Assembly (NCBI GenBank): GCA_963768305.1
Contig: CAVYHE010000010.1
Span: 1 to 64,000, forward strand
DNA: 64,000 nucleotides
Reading direction: 5' to 3'
Source of the DNA: an uncultured bacterium
GTDB lineage: Bacteria > Margulisbacteria > WOR-1 > CAVSGV01
The position numbers and the translations under genes are program-made. Below are positions 18,145-29,493 of the stretch, one piece after another. A model generated the notes under the pieces. That model saw only the letters and a list, made by a program, of their open reading frames with translations, did no database searches and was not told where the DNA came from. Position 1 is the stretch's first letter. Each line of letters begins with the position of its first letter.

Positions 18145-18615
18145 ATGCCAAGAAGAGGAAATATAGTAAAAAGAGTTATTTTGCCGGACCCGGTCTACGG
18201 GAACGTGCAGGTCCAGAAATTCATCAACAAGATGATGTGGGCCGGCAAGAAAAGCACGGTCGAGACCATTTTTTACGGCGCGCTTGACATGGCTTCGGAA
18301 AAACTGAAGAAGCCGCAGCTGGAGATATTCGAGAAGGCGCTCAATAACGTAAGGCCTCTTATGGAAGTCAAGCCGAGAAGGGTCGGAGGCGCCACATACC
18401 AGGTCCCGATAGAAGTTCCGGAAGACCGCGGACTTTCGCTTTCCATGCAGTGGATAAGGGAGAACGCGAGGAAACGGGCGGGACATTCAATGATCGAAAA
18501 ACTTTCAGGGGAACTGATGGATGCTTACAACGGCGTGGGGGCGTCCATGAAAAAGCGCGAGGACACGCACAAGATGGCGGAGTCGAACAAAGCGTTCGCT
18601 CATTTCAGGTGGTAA
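18145..18615 (+). CDS. rpsG: 30S ribosomal protein S7
   Basis: [31 protein letters not shown]; own SD (GGAG). Confidence 0.97.
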   Translation: MPRRGNIVKRVILPDPVYGNVQVQKFINKMMWAGKKSTVETIFYGALDMASEKLKKPQLEIFEKALNNVRPLMEVKPRRVGGATYQVPIEVPEDRGLSLSMQWIRENARKRAGHSMIEKLSGELMDAYNGVGASMKKREDTHKMAESNKAFAHFRW

Positions 18616-18619
18616 TATA

Positions 18620-20700
18620 ATGGCAAGGACCCATACTATAGATAAATACAGGAACATAGGGATCGCCGCTCATATCGATGCCGGCAAGACCACGACGACG
18701 GAGAGGATACTTTTCTATTCGGGAAAGATCCACAAGATCGGCAACGTGGATGACGGCAACACCGTGACCGACTGGATGGTGCAGGAAAGGGAGAGAGGCA
18801 TCACCATCACTTCCGCGGCCATCACTACGTTCTGGAAAGATTACAGGATAAACATCATAGACACTCCCGGCCACGTGGATTTTACCGTTGAAGTTGAGAG
18901 ATCGTTGAGAGTGCTCGACGGCATGGTCGCGGTCTTCTGCGCCGTCGGCGGCGTACAGCCCCAGTCAGAAACGGTCTGGAGGCAGGCGACGAAATATAAG
19001 GTTCCCAGGATCGCTTTCATCAACAAGATGGACAGGATAGGCGCCGACTTTTTCAGGTGCGTTAAGCAGATGAAAGAGAGGCTTCACGCGCATCCCGGTT
19101 CTTCTGCAGATACCGATCGGAGCGGAGGACAGGTTTTTGGGCGTTGTGGACCTGCTGGAAATGAAAGCGATAGTTTTTGAAGACGAGCTCGGCGCGAAGC
19201 CGCTCATAAAAGAGATACCCGCCGAGCTTCTGGCAGATGCAAAACATCACAGGGAAAAACTTATTGAAGCCGCGGCAGAAGCAAATGACGCGCTGCTTGA
19301 AAAATATCTGGAGAAACACACGTTGGATAACAGCGAAATCAAGATGGGGATCAGAAAGCTGACCCTTGATTGCAAAATAATCCCGGTGACGTGTGGAACG
19401 GCGTTCAAGAACAAGGGAATTCAGCCGATGCTGGACGCTGTCATCGATTATTTGCCTTCTCCTTCGGATGTTCCTCCTGTCGTCGGAATGAACCCGAAGA
19501 CCGGAGAGGACGAGGAAAGGCATGCATCCGATACTGCGCCCTTTCTCAGCTCTGGCATTCAAGATAGCGACCGATCCTTTCGTCGGAAAGCTGATATTTT
19601 TCAGGGTTTACTCGGGAACGCTCAAGTCCGGCTCTTACATATTGAATTCAACAAAGGATTCGAAAGAACGCATCGGCCGGCTCCTTCAGATGCACGCCGA
19701 CAAGAGGGAAGAGATCGAAGAGGTCCACGCGGGCGACATAGCTGCGGCGGTGGGATTAAAAGGCACGGTGACCGGCGACACCATCTGCGATGAAGACAAG
19801 CCGATCATCCTTGAAGCCATCATATTCCCGGAACCGGTCATATTCGTTGCGATCGAGCCGAAGACCAAGGCCGACCAGGAAAAGCTGGGCGTTGCGCTTG
19901 GGCGCCTTGCAGAAGAAGATCCTACTTTCAGGGTCAAAGGCGATCCGGAAACAGGGCAGACAATCATTTCCGGAATGGGCGAGCTTCACCTGGAGATCAT
20001 CGTCGACAGGCTGCTCAGGGAATTCAGGGTTGAAGCGAACGTCGGCAAGCCGCAGGTCGCTTATAAAGAAACGATCAAAGCTGCCGCGGAAGCCGAAGGA
20101 AAATTCATAAGGCAGACCGGAGGCCGCGGCCAGTACGGGCACGTCTGGATAAAGGTGGAGCCGCTTCCTCCGGGGAGCAAATTTGAATTCGTGAACAAGA
20201 TCGTCGGCGGATCGATACCGAAGGAATATATTCCGGCGGTAGAGGACGGCATAGTTGAAGCGATGCAGACGGGCGTCCTTGCGGGATTCCCTGTCATTGA
20301 CGTGAGGGTCACATTGTTCGACGGCTCGTTCCATGAAGTCGACTCATCTGAAATGGCGTTCAAGATAGCGGGATCCATGGCTTTCAAGGAAGGTTTCATG
20401 AAGTCAAAGCCCATCCTTCTTGAGCCGATAATGAACGTCGAGGACGAAGATCCCGGAGCAGTACATGGGCGACGTCATAGGAGACCTGAACAGCAGAAGA
20501 GGGAAGATAGAAGGGATGGAATCCCACGCGGGATCCAGGTAATAAAATCGAAAGTGCCGCTTTCCGACATGTTCGGATACGCGACAGCGCTAAGGTCCAA
20601 AACTCAGGGGCGCGGGATATACACGATGGAGTTCTCAAAGTATGAGGAAGTCTCAAAGAACATAGCCGAAGGAATAATCTCCAAGTCGAAGGGAAAATAA
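18620..20700 (+). CDS. fusA: Elongation factor G (frameshifted)
   Basis: [45 protein letters not shown]. Confidence 0.97.
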
Positions 20701-20702
20701 TA

Positions 20703-21015
20703 ATGACAAGGCAAAAGATAAGGATAAGGTTAAAAGGTTACGACAGCAGGGTGCTGGACCAGTCGGCGTTGAAGATAGTGGATACGGCGAAGACGCTCCG
20801 GCGGCGTGGTCTCGGGCCCGATACCGCTCCCGACCAACAAAGAAATTTATTGCGTGAACCGCTCGACGAATATCGACAAAAAATCGCGCGAACATTTCGA
20901 GATAAGGGTCCACAACAGGCTGGTTGATATCCTGGACCCGGCGCAGCAGACCGTGGACGCGCTTATGCAGCTGGACCTCCCGGCCGGCGTGGACATAGAG
21001 ATAAAGTTGAAATAA
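20703..21015 (+). CDS. rpsJ: 30S ribosomal protein S10 (frameshifted)
   Basis: [11 protein letters not shown], then VSGPIPLPT...[11 protein letters not shown]...[10 protein letters not shown]. Confidence 0.96.
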
Positions 21016-21016
21016 C

Positions 21017-21725
21017 ATGGCAGAACTAATAGGCAAAAAAATAGGGATGACCCAAATATACAACGAGAACGGCCTTGTTGAGCCGGTGACCATTGTCGAG
21101 GCCGGCCCGTGCGTCGTGGTCAATCTCAGGACGAACGAAAAGAACGGATATCAGGCCGTCCAGCTCGGATTCGGGAAACCGAAAAAGACGATACAAGCCG
21201 AAAGAAGGGTATTTCAAGAAGCAGGGAGTCGAAGGAAAACCTTAGATATCTTAAAGGAATTCAGGAAAGATAAGCTGGACGGATATTCCATCGGCCAGGA
21301 GATAAAGGCCGATGCGTTCAAGATGAACGAAGTCGTCAGTGTTACGCGGCATATCGATCGGGAAAGGATTCCAGGGGCCGGTTAAGAGATATCATTTTAA
21401 CAGGCATCCGATGAGCCACGGCTCAAAGTCGCACAGGATGCCGGGATCATCGGGTTCCGGAACCTTCATGGGGCATGTTCTGAAAGGAAAAAGAAGAGCG
21501 GGCCACATGGGTTTCGATAAGGTCACGGCAAAAGGTCTGGTTGTTTTGTACATTGATGCGGCAAAGAACATCTTAGGAATAAGAGGTTCGGTCCCGGGCC
21601 CAAAAGGGAACATTGTTGCAATAAAAGGTACGGGCATTATCACGCAGCCCAGGGTCAAGAGGATAGCGCATGCTCCGCTGGAAAAAGCCGCGAAACTGGC
21701 ATCCGCGGCGCCGGCGAAAAAATAA
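21017..21725 (+). CDS. rplC: 50S ribosomal protein L3 (frameshifted)
   Basis: [32 protein letters not shown]. Confidence 0.96.
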
Positions 21726-21734
21726 GGAATAGAA

Positions 21735-22358
21735 ATGGCAAAACTAGATATTTACGGAATGAACGGAAAAGTTGACGGAAGCGTCAAAGCTTCCGACGCC
21801 GTGTTCGCGTCCGCAGTGAACGAGCATGTCGTGAACGAAACTTTGAACTGGTATCTGGCTACCGGCAGGCAGGGGAACGCCTGCACAAAGACCCGCGCGG
21901 AAGTTTCCGGCGGCGGTAAAAAACCCTGGAGGCAGAAAGGCACCGGCAGCGCCAGGATAGGCGACAACAGAGCCCCTCACTGGAGGCACGGCGGCGTCGC
22001 TTTTGGGCCGAAGCCGCGGGATTATTCCTTCAATCTGCCGATAAAGGTAAGGAAAGCGGCTGTGAGGAGCGTTCTTTCCGACAAGGCGCAGGCGGGAAAG
22101 ATCAAAGTCATCGAAAAGCTTACCTTGGCCCAACCGAAGACCAAGGAGATGGCACAATTGCTTAAGACTCTCGGGATCAAGGGAAGTGCCCTTGTGATCA
22201 TTTCTTCCCATGATGACGCGGTTGAGAGGTCAGCGAAGAACATTAAAGGCGTCAAAGTTGCTATCGGAGGGGCATTGAACATTTATGACCTGCTTAAGCA
22301 GGATGAGATCGTGATAACAAAGGACGCATTAGCGGTCATTGAGGAGGCGTTCGCATAA
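21735..22358 (+). CDS. rplD: 50S ribosomal protein L4
   Basis: TKTRAEVSGGGKKPWRQKGTG, FGPKPRDY. Confidence 0.98.
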   Translation: MAKLDIYGMNGKVDGSVKASDAVFASAVNEHVVNETLNWYLATGRQGNACTKTRAEVSGGGKKPWRQKGTGSARIGDNRAPHWRHGGVAFGPKPRDYSFNLPIKVRKAAVRSVLSDKAQAGKIKVIEKLTLAQPKTKEMAQLLKTLGIKGSALVIISSHDDAVERSAKNIKGVKVAIGGALNIYDLLKQDEIVITKDALAVIEEAFA

Positions 22359-22648
22359 TGGCGCATCCTTATCAGATAATCATTGAACCTGTGGTAACGG
22401 AAAAAACTTCCGGATTAAGAGCGGATTCCGTATATGTTTTCAGAGTACTGAAAGAAGCGACGAAAACTCAGATAAAGAACGCGATAAAGGAAAATTTCGG
22501 CGTTGACGCAAGGTCCGTGAATACGGTGAAAATGAGAGGCAAGGCCAGGACGCTGGGCAGGAGCATCGGCGTGACTTCGGGATGGAAAAAAGCGTACGTT
22601 AAATTAAAGGAAGGACAGAAAATAAAGGAACTGGAGGCTGGAGCGTAA
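22358..22648 (+). CDS. rplW: 50S ribosomal protein L23
   Basis: [24 protein letters not shown]. Confidence 0.97.
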   Translation: MAHPYQIIIEPVVTEKTSGLRADSVYVFRVLKEATKTQIKNAIKENFGVDARSVNTVKMRGKARTLGRSIGVTSGWKKAYVKLKEGQKIKELEAGA

Positions 22649-23475
22649 TGCCGGTAAAGGAAAGAAGATCATTAACGAACGGACAGAGGACCAGGGTGGA
22701 CCTGGATTACAGCGACCTTACGGCCTCGAAGCCCGAAAGATCACTGCTGAAAAAGGTCAATAAGACCTCAGGAAGGGACTGGAGAGGAAGAATAAGCTCC
22801 AGGCATAAAGGCGGAGGGAATAAAAAGCTTTTCAGGATGATCGATTTCAAGAGGAACAAAGATAATGTCCCGGCGAAGGTCGCATCCATTGAATACGATC
22901 CTTACAGGAATTCTTTTATCGCCCTTCTGCATTACATGGATGGCGAAAAAAGATATATCCTTGCCCCTCTGGGGATCAAGGTCGGGGACATTGTTTCGTC
23001 AGGGCCGGATGTCGATGTGAAGCTTGGCAACACCCTGCCCATCAAGAACATACCTGTCGGCACTATGATACACAATATTGAAATGTCTGCCGGCAAGGGC
23101 GCAGCGCTTGCGAGGTCCGCGGGCGCTTTCGCTTCGCTTGTCGCGAAAGAAGGAAGATACGCTACGATAAAGCTTCCTTCCGGAGAGCAGAGGCTCATTC
23201 ACATCGACTGCCGAGCGACCATTGGGCAGCTGGGCAACCTGGACTCAAAGAACGTTGTTTTGGGCAGGGCCGGAAGGAACAGGCATCTCGGCAGAAGGCC
23301 GGGAGTCAGAGGCGTTGCAATGAACCCGTGCGATCATCCTCACGGCGGAGGAGAAGGCAGATCGCCCATCGGTATGCCTTCTCCGGTAACTCCGTGGGGC
23401 AAGCCGACGCTCGGATACAAGACAAGGAAAAAAAGAAAAGTGAGCGACAGATTCATAATAATGAGGAGGGCGTAA
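22648..23475 (+). CDS. rplB: 50S ribosomal protein L2
   Basis: [24 protein letters not shown]. Confidence 0.98.
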   Translation: MPVKERRSLTNGQRTRVDLDYSDLTASKPERSLLKKVNKTSGRDWRGRISSRHKGGGNKKLFRMIDFKRNKDNVPAKVASIEYDPYRNSFIALLHYMDGEKRYILAPLGIKVGDIVSSGPDVDVKLGNTLPIKNIPVGTMIHNIEMSAGKGAALARSAGAFASLVAKEGRYATIKLPSGEQRLIHIDCRATIGQLGNLDSKNVVLGRAGRNRHLGRRPGVRGVAMNPCDHPHGGGEGRSPIGMPSPVTPWGKPTLGYKTRKKRKVSDRFIIMRRA

Positions 23476-23476
23476 T

Positions 23477-23761
23477 TTGACCAGATCATCAAAAAAAGGT
23501 CCTTTCGCGGATTATCATCTGATGGAAAAGATCAGCAGGATGCTGGCGAGCGGAGAGAAGAAAATGATAAAGACGTGGTCAAGAAGGAGCGTCGTCACTC
23601 CCGAGATGGTCGGTTTCACTATAGCCGTCCACAACGGGAACAAGCACATCCCTATCTATATAACTGAGAACATGGTAGGCAGCAAACTGGGGGAATTCGC
23701 GCCGACAAGGACGTTCAGGGGACACAGCGTGCCCACTGCAAAAACATCGGCGCTTACATAA
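23477..23761 (+). CDS. rpsS: 30S ribosomal protein S19
   Basis: [26 protein letters not shown] start. Confidence 0.97.
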   Translation: MTRSSKKGPFADYHLMEKISRMLASGEKKMIKTWSRRSVVTPEMVGFTIAVHNGNKHIPIYITENMVGSKLGEFAPTRTFRGHSVPTAKTSALT

Positions 23762-23765
23762 TTAT

Positions 23766-24123
23766 ATGGAAAGTAAAAGCACAAGCAAAATATGTAAGAT
23801 CGGGAGCCAGAAAGGTCAGGCAAGTCGCGGACCTTATAAGGGGGAAGAACGCGAAGGAAGCGCTTGTCATGCTTTCGTTCATCCCGAACCTTGGAGCAAA
23901 GCTTATCGAAAAAGTTTTGAAGTCCGCTGTTGCCAATGCAAAGCATAATTATAAGCTGGGCGATGAAAAGCTTTTCGTGTCCAGGATACTGATAGACGGA
24001 GCGACACCTTTCAAGAGGATGCATCCGAGGTCAAAAGGAAGCGCGTTCCCGATATTGAAAAGACAGAGCCATATCACAATTTATGTAGAGGAGGCAACAA
24101 GTGGGTCAAAAAGTCCATCCTAA
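23766..24123 (+). CDS. rplV: 50S ribosomal protein L22 (frameshift near the start)
   Basis: [22 protein letters not shown], then [10 protein letters not shown]...SHITI. Confidence 0.95.
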
Positions 24124-24793
24124 GGGGTTCAGGCTCGGGATAATAGAGACTTGGGATTCCAACTGGTTCTCGGGGAAAAAGGAATACAGCACGCTCATGC
24201 TCGAGGACCTGAAGGTGCGTAAATACATAAAGCATAATCTTTTTAAGGCCGGCATATCCAAAACAAAGATAAGCCGGAGAGCGAATCAGATAGAGATAAA
24301 TATTTATTCCGCAAAACCCGGGCTTGTCATAGGGAGGGGCGGAAGGGAAGTGGCGGCTTTAAGAGAAGAATTGGTAAAGATGACGGGCAAGCAGGTGGAG
24401 CTGAATATTCTTGAAGAGGAAAACCCGGAAATATGCGCGCTTCTTGTGGCTGAGAACATTGCGGCCCAGCTGGAAAAAAGGATCGCGTACAGGAGAGCCA
24501 TGAAGCAGGCGGTAGCAAAGTCGCTGAGGTCGGGGGCAAAAGGCATAAAGATAATGTGCGGCGGCCGCCTTAACGGCGCCGAGATCGCAAGAAGCGAATG
24601 GTACAGGAAGGGAAGGGTCCCTCTGCAGACGCTTCGCGCGAGAATAGATTACGGGTTCACGGAAGCCATGACGGTTTACGGAAAGATCGGCGTCAAAGTC
24701 TGGATATACAAGGGAGATACTTTAGTGGAAAAAGAACAGACAGCCGGAGAGGTTATAAAGCCTTCCGTTACTGTGATGGAGACGGTGAGCTAA
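24101..24793 (+). CDS. rpsC: 30S ribosomal protein S3
   Basis: [35 protein letters not shown]. Confidence 0.98.
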   Translation: MGQKVHPKGFRLGIIETWDSNWFSGKKEYSTLMLEDLKVRKYIKHNLFKAGISKTKISRRANQIEINIYSAKPGLVIGRGGREVAALREELVKMTGKQVELNILEEENPEICALLVAENIAAQLEKRIAYRRAMKQAVAKSLRSGAKGIKIMCGGRLNGAEIARSEWYRKGRVPLQTLRARIDYGFTEAMTVYGKIGVKVWIYKGDTLVEKEQTAGEVIKPSVTVMETVS

Positions 24794-24794
24794 A

Positions 24795-25205
24795 ATGGGG
24801 ATACAGCCTAAGAAAGTTAAATTCAGGAAGGATCACAGAGGCAGAAGAAGAGGAGTTGCTACCAGGGGCAACACTATTGTTTTTGGCGAATACGGGCTGC
24901 AGGCGCTGGAGACCTGCTGGTTGAAGACGAACCAGATAGAATCCGCCAGAAAAGCTGTCACACATTTTGTAAAAAGAGGCGGGAAGCTCTGGATACGGGT
25001 TCTGGCCGACAAATCCGCCACTGCGCGTCCCGCGGAAACAAGGATGGGCGGGGGAAAAGGCGATCCGGCATATTATGTCGCGGTCGTGAAGCCGGGCAAG
25101 ATAATATTCGAGCTTGCCGGCGTTACAAAGGAAGATGCCCTGGAAGCCATGAGGCTCGCCGGGCATAAGCTTCCGATCAAGACAAGACTGGTGGAGAAGA
25201 TATAA
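24795..25205 (+). CDS. rplP: 50S ribosomal protein L16
   Basis: [24 protein letters not shown]. Confidence 0.98.
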   Translation: MGIQPKKVKFRKDHRGRRRGVATRGNTIVFGEYGLQALETCWLKTNQIESARKAVTHFVKRGGKLWIRVLADKSATARPAETRMGGGKGDPAYYVAVVKPGKIIFELAGVTKEDALEAMRLAGHKLPIKTRLVEKI

Positions 25206-25207
25206 AA

Positions 25208-25437
25208 ATGGCAAAGGCAAGAACAAAAGAAAAGGACAGCGCGGAAATTTTAAGGCAGCATGATCTGAACGATCTTAAAGGAAAGCTTGATTCCGCGAGA
25301 AAAGCACTTTTCGAATTGAAAATAAAACGCAGCGAGCAGAAGAACCCGCTCAAGATAAAATGGGCGCGGCACAGCGTGGCGAGGATCCTTACTATAATAA
25401 AGGAGAAAACAGGTGGAACGGCAGAAAAAACAAATAA
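25208..25437 (+). CDS. rpmC: 50S ribosomal protein L29
   Basis: LFELK...[22 protein letters not shown] 25435-25437 comes into frame if one A is restored to the A6 run at 25425-25430. Confidence 0.9.
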
Positions 25438-25776
25438 GAAGATCAGGGAAGGGATAGTCATTTCCGACAAGATGTCGAAGACGGTCGTTGTGGAAGTGGC
25501 AAGGAAGGTCAGGCACCCTCTTTATCAGAAGGTCATGAACTGTCCAACACTTTCAAGGCTCACGATGAAGGCGAGATCTGCTCCGTGGGGGACAGGGTCA
25601 AGATAATGGAGGTCAGGCCGATGTCCGCCGATAAGAGATGGGTAGTGCTTGAGATATTAGGAAAGAAAAAAGAGGGCATTGCAGAAGAGGACAAGGGCAT
25701 GCCGTTGCCCATAAGAAGAGCGAAAGACCTGCCCGCCGGTAGGCAGGGTAAGGAGATCCCAATTGATACAAAATAG
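25413..25776 (+). CDS. rpsQ: 30S ribosomal protein S17 with C-terminal extension (frameshifted)
   Basis: [36 protein letters not shown] start follows AAGGAG. Confidence 0.92.
25728..25747. repeat. 20-nt imperfect palindrome inside the rpsQ tail
   Basis: CCTGCCCGCCGGTAGGCAGG with 6-bp perfect arms CCTGCC/GGCAGG; encodes LPAGRQG. Confidence 0.7.
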
Positions 25777-26131
25777 GTCAATGATAGCTGTCGCGGACAA
25801 CAGCGGCGCGAAGGTCGTTCAGTGTATCAGGGTCCTGGGAGGGTCCAATAAAAGCACTGCCGCTGTCGGAGATCTTTTCACGGGAGTCGTGAAATCCGCC
25901 GATCCGAATATGACAGTTAAAAAGAGCGAAATCGTGCTTTGTGTCCTTGTAAGGTCCGTAAAACCGCTTCGCAGACCCGACGGAGGCATGGTCAGGTTCG
26001 ATGACAACGCCGCCGTCATTATCGCAAAGGACGGGAACCCCCGCGGGACACGCATATTCGGACCAGTGGCGAGGGAGCTGCGCGACAGGAATTTCATGAA
26101 GATCATCTCTCTCGCGCCGGAGGTAGTGTAG
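25763..26131 (+). CDS. rplN: 50S ribosomal protein L14
   Basis: [28 protein letters not shown]. Confidence 0.98.
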   Translation: MIQNRSMIAVADNSGAKVVQCIRVLGGSNKSTAAVGDLFTGVVKSADPNMTVKKSEIVLCVLVRSVKPLRRPDGGMVRFDDNAAVIIAKDGNPRGTRIFGPVARELRDRNFMKIISLAPEVV

Positions 26132-26134
26132 ATA

Positions 26135-26449
26135 ATGGCGAACAGGCTTAAAAAAGGCGACACGGTCATAGTCATTTCCGGCAAGGACAAAGGGAAAAAA
26201 GGCAAGATATTGAGCGTTCTTGATGACGGAGTCATAGTTGAAAAGGTGAATGTCGCAAAGAAGCACCAGAAGGCGACAAAAACTTTCCAGGGCGGCATCA
26301 TAGAGAAGCCCATGGCGGTCAACCCGTCAAAGCTGATGATGGTGTGCCCGAAGTGCGCCAAGCCTTCAAGGGTGAGGTCTGCCAGGGTAGAGGAAATAAG
26401 CGTAAGGAAGTGCGCCGGATGCGGCGAGATAATGGATAAGGTCAAATAA
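26135..26449 (+). CDS. rplX: 50S ribosomal protein L24
   Basis: [21 protein letters not shown] motif; two CxxC. Confidence 0.97.
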   Translation: MANRLKKGDTVIVISGKDKGKKGKILSVLDDGVIVEKVNVAKKHQKATKTFQGGIIEKPMAVNPSKLMMVCPKCAKPSRVRSARVEEISVRKCAGCGEIMDKVK

Positions 26450-26451
26450 CT

Positions 26452-26991
26452 ATGAAGAACCTGAAAGAAAGATATAAAAAAGAAATAATCCCCGGGATGA
26501 TGAAAAAATTCGGGTACAAGAACCCGATGCAGGTCCCGCACCTGGTCAAACTCGTGGTGAACAGGGGCGTTGGCGAAGCCACGGCGAACCCGAAAGCGAT
26601 AGATATATCGGTCGCCGAGATAGCGGCAATCACGGGACAAAAGCCGGTGGTCACGAAATCAAAAAAATCCATTTCGGGGTTCAAACTGAAAGAGAACACG
26701 CCCATCGGCTGCGTGGTGACCCTGAGAGGTCAGAGGATGTACGATTTCCTGGACAAGCTGGTGAATATAAGCCTTCCGAAGATAAGGGATTTCAGGGGTA
26801 TCAGCCCGAAATCATTTGACGGGCACGGCAACTATACTCTGGGAATAAAAGAACAGCTTATATTCCCGGAAATTGAATATGACAAGGTGGACAAGGTCAG
26901 GGGAATGGACATCACTATTGTTACGAACGCAAAAAAGGACGAAGAAGCGCTCGAGCTTTTAACCCTGATCGGGTTCCCGTTCAGGAAGTAA
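26452..26991 (+). CDS. rplE: 50S ribosomal protein L5
   Basis: [29 protein letters not shown]. Confidence 0.98.
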   Translation: MKNLKERYKKEIIPGMMKKFGYKNPMQVPHLVKLVVNRGVGEATANPKAIDISVAEIAAITGQKPVVTKSKKSISGFKLKENTPIGCVVTLRGQRMYDFLDKLVNISLPKIRDFRGISPKSFDGHGNYTLGIKEQLIFPEIEYDKVDKVRGMDITIVTNAKKDEEALELLTLIGFPFRK

Positions 26992-27001
26992 GGAGCGGTC
27001 A

Positions 27002-27187
27002 ATGGCAAAAAAGTGCATGGTACTTAAATCGAAAAAGACGCCGAAATTTACGGTTCGGAAACACAGCAGGTGCCAGATATGCGGAAGGCCCCGCGGCTAC
27101 ATGAGGAAATTCGGCATTTGCAGGATATGTTTCAGGACAATGGCGCACGAGGGAGTTCTCCCGGGCGTCACAAAATCAAGCTGGTGA
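27002..27187 (+). CDS. rpsN: 30S ribosomal protein S14, type Z
   Basis: [10 protein letters not shown]...ICRICFR...PGVTKSSW; 61 aa. Confidence 0.98.
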   Translation: MAKKCMVLKSKKTPKFTVRKHSRCQICGRPRGYMRKFGICRICFRTMAHEGVLPGVTKSSW

Positions 27188-27198
27188 AAGGGTGAAAA

Positions 27199-27597
27199 AT
27201 GTATTTAACTGATTCTATAGGGGACATGCTGACAAGGATACGCAACGCGTCCAACGTGAAGGATGAGACCGTGGATATCCCGGCTTCCGGAATGAAACTG
27301 GCCATAGCGAACATCCTTAAGGACGAAGGATATATCGGCAAGGTAGAGACGGTCACAAAAAGGAACAAAAAAATAATAAGGCTGACGCTTAAATACGGCC
27401 TGAAAAAGAAAGCCGTTATCAGCGGGATAAAAAGGGTTTCAACGCCGGGTAAGCGCATTTACAAGGGAAAAGACAAGCTTCCCAGGATAAGGTCAGGGTT
27501 CGGCACGGCGCTTGTCTCGACATCAAAGGGGATATTGACCGATTCCGCCGCGAGGGAGCAGGGAGTGGGCGGAGAGGTAATTTGTTACATCTGGTAG
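27199..27597 (+). CDS. rpsH: 30S ribosomal protein S8
   Basis: DSIGDMLTRIRNA, STSKG, GGEVICYIW. Confidence 0.98.
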   Translation: MYLTDSIGDMLTRIRNASNVKDETVDIPASGMKLAIANILKDEGYIGKVETVTKRNKKIIRLTLKYGLKKKAVISGIKRVSTPGKRIYKGKDKLPRIRSGFGTALVSTSKGILTDSAAREQGVGGEVICYIW

Positions 27598-27613
27598 CAA
27601 GAAGGAATAAAAA

Positions 27614-28171
27614 ATGTCAAGAATAGGGAAAAAACTGATCGAATTGCCAAAAGGCGTTGAAGCCAAGATAGAAGGGAATAAGATCACGGTCAAGGGGCCC
27701 AAAGGTTCGCTTACGCGTTCATTGCCGGAAGCCATATCGATTTCACTGGACAAAGGGATATTAACTTTGAAAAGGAGCAGCGAGGAGAACAATGTAAAGG
27801 CGCTCCATGGCCTGTACAGAGCTTTGGTCGCGAACATGGTCGCGGGAGTCGCGGCCGGATTCGAGAAAAAACTTATTCTTTCAGGAGTAGGGTATCGCGC
27901 GGCCAAGCAGGGGAACAATCTTGTGTTACAGGTGGGATTCTCGCATCCGCTTACATTTTTGCCTCCGGCGGGGATAGAGTTCAAGCTGGAGGGACAGGAC
28001 AAGGTGACAGTGTCAGGCGCGGACAGGGAGCTGGTGGGCGAGATCGCGTCAAAGATAAAAAAATCGAAAGAGATCGAACCATATAAATTAAAAGGGATCA
28101 AATATTTCGGCGAGATCGTGAAGAAGAAGGCGGGAAAAGCTGCAAAGGCGGCGGGAGCAACTACAAAATGA
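27614..28171 (+). CDS. rplF: 50S ribosomal protein L6
   Basis: MSRIGKK, VKGPKGSL, GVGYRA, EPYKLKGIKY. Confidence 0.98.
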   Translation: MSRIGKKLIELPKGVEAKIEGNKITVKGPKGSLTRSLPEAISISLDKGILTLKRSSEENNVKALHGLYRALVANMVAGVAAGFEKKLILSGVGYRAAKQGNNLVLQVGFSHPLTFLPPAGIEFKLEGQDKVTVSGADRELVGEIASKIKKSKEIEPYKLKGIKYFGEIVKKKAGKAAKAAGATTK

Positions 28172-28494
28172 AGGGAAAACTGACAAAAAAAATAAAAGGT
28201 TCAACTGAGCGGCCGCGTTTGACGGTGTTCAGGAGCCACGGGCACATTTACGCACAGGTCATAGATGATATTAAAGGCATGACGCTTGCTTCGGCTTCAA
28301 CGACGGCGCTGAAAAAATCAGGCAAAAAAGTGAAGAACAATATAGATGCCGCAAAGCGCATCGGCGAGGAAATTGCAAAACGCGCCATGGATGCTGGCAT
28401 AAAAAAAGTGGTCTTTGACAGGAGCGGATACGTGTATCACGGAAAAATAGCGGCGCTTGCCGACGCGGCCCGCGCTAAAGGATTGGAGTTTTAA
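28168..28494 (+). CDS. rplR: 50S ribosomal protein L18
   Basis: [28 protein letters not shown]. Confidence 0.98.
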   Translation: MKGKLTKKIKGSTERPRLTVFRSHGHIYAQVIDDIKGMTLASASTTALKKSGKKVKNNIDAAKRIGEEIAKRAMDAGIKKVVFDRSGYVYHGKIAALADAARAKGLEF

Positions 28495-28496
28495 AC

Positions 28497-29036
28497 ATGG
28501 ATAACAGAAGAAGGGACCAGCGTTTTGATGAGGACAGGCAGCAGGAAAAAGTCGTCCAGATCCGACGCATATGCAAGGTAGTGAAAGGCGGCAAAAAGAT
28601 GAGCTTTCGGGCCGTTGTGGTTGTCGGCGACGGAGCCGGTCTTGTGGGCGTGGGCGTGGGAAAAGCGAACGAAGTTTCGGCAGCGATCAGAAAATCGGTG
28701 GATGACGCGAAAAAGCATCAGATAAAAGTTCCGATGGTCGGAAAGACCATCCCTCATGAAACAGAAGGCAGATCGGGCGCAAGCAATGTCATAATGAGGC
28801 CCGCCCCAACAGGAACGGGAGTTATCGCCGGAGGCGCCGTGCGCACGGTCCTTGAGCTGGCGGGTATTGCCGATATTGTTGCAAAGTCGATAGGAGCTTC
28901 CAATGCCATAAATACTGCAAGGGCTACCATCGAAGGGCTTATGTCGCTCAAGGTCCTTGAAAAAGAGGAGCAAATACGCGGGAAAAAACTTAATATCAGG
29001 TTCACTCAGCAGGCAGCTGAGGTCAGGGAGGGTTAA
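28497..29036 (+). CDS. rpsE: 30S ribosomal protein S5
   Basis: [21 protein letters not shown]. Confidence 0.98.
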   Translation: MDNRRRDQRFDEDRQQEKVVQIRRICKVVKGGKKMSFRAVVVVGDGAGLVGVGVGKANEVSAAIRKSVDDAKKHQIKVPMVGKTIPHETEGRSGASNVIMRPAPTGTGVIAGGAVRTVLELAGIADIVAKSIGASNAINTARATIEGLMSLKVLEKEEQIRGKKLNIRFTQQAAEVREG

Positions 29037-29039
29037 GCG

Positions 29040-29483
29040 ATGAAAATGGGAGAACTGCACGGGACCGAGGGAGCAAGAAAAAGAAAGAAAAGGGTCGGAA
29101 GGGGTTCCAGTTCCGGGCACGGAAAAACTTCCGGCAGAGGGAACAAAGGCCAGAACTCAAGGCAAGGCGGCGGCGTTAGGCCTGGATTTGAAGGCGGACA
29201 GACGCCTCTCTACAGAAGGCTCCCGAAAGAAAAAGGTTTCAAGAACCTGCTGTTCAAAAAGCATTATGAGATCGTGAATGTCGGCGACCTCAACGATTTT
29301 AAGGATGTTGTGAATAAAAAAGTTCTGGCCGAGGCCGGACTTATCGCGGAAGGCGAACTTTTGAAAATTCTTGGCGACGGCGATCTTAGAGCAGCGCTTA
29401 CCATTGAAGCGGACAAATTTACGGAAGGTGCATTAAAAAAGATAAAGGATGCAGGCGGCAAAGCTGTGCTCTTGGGAAAATAG
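29040..29483 (+). CDS. rplO: 50S ribosomal protein L15
   Basis: RVGRG...GKTSGRGNKGQ, GFEGGQTPLYRRLPK. Confidence 0.98.
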   Translation: MKMGELHGTEGARKRKKRVGRGSSSGHGKTSGRGNKGQNSRQGGGVRPGFEGGQTPLYRRLPKEKGFKNLLFKKHYEIVNVGDLNDFKDVVNKKVLAEAGLIAEGELLKILGDGDLRAALTIEADKFTEGALKKIKDAGGKAVLLGK

Positions 29484-29493
29484 GAGATAAATT

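Noticed and set aside
17743..18615. Apparent S12-S7 fusion ORF (290 aa)
   Set aside because: One extra base near 18113 gives KPKAAPSKAA* ending at TAA 18132-18134, and rpsG has its own SD and ATG at 18145.
25208..25606. Apparent L29-S17 fusion
   Set aside because: Adding one A to the A6 run at 25425-25430 stops L29 at 25437 and puts the SD-preceded GTG at 25413 in frame with S17.
25819..26640. Long antisense or alternate-frame ORFs (e.g. 25819..26640, 32495..33262, 17812..18486)
   Set aside because: They shadow well-supported ribosomal genes and have no recognisable motifs or initiation signals.
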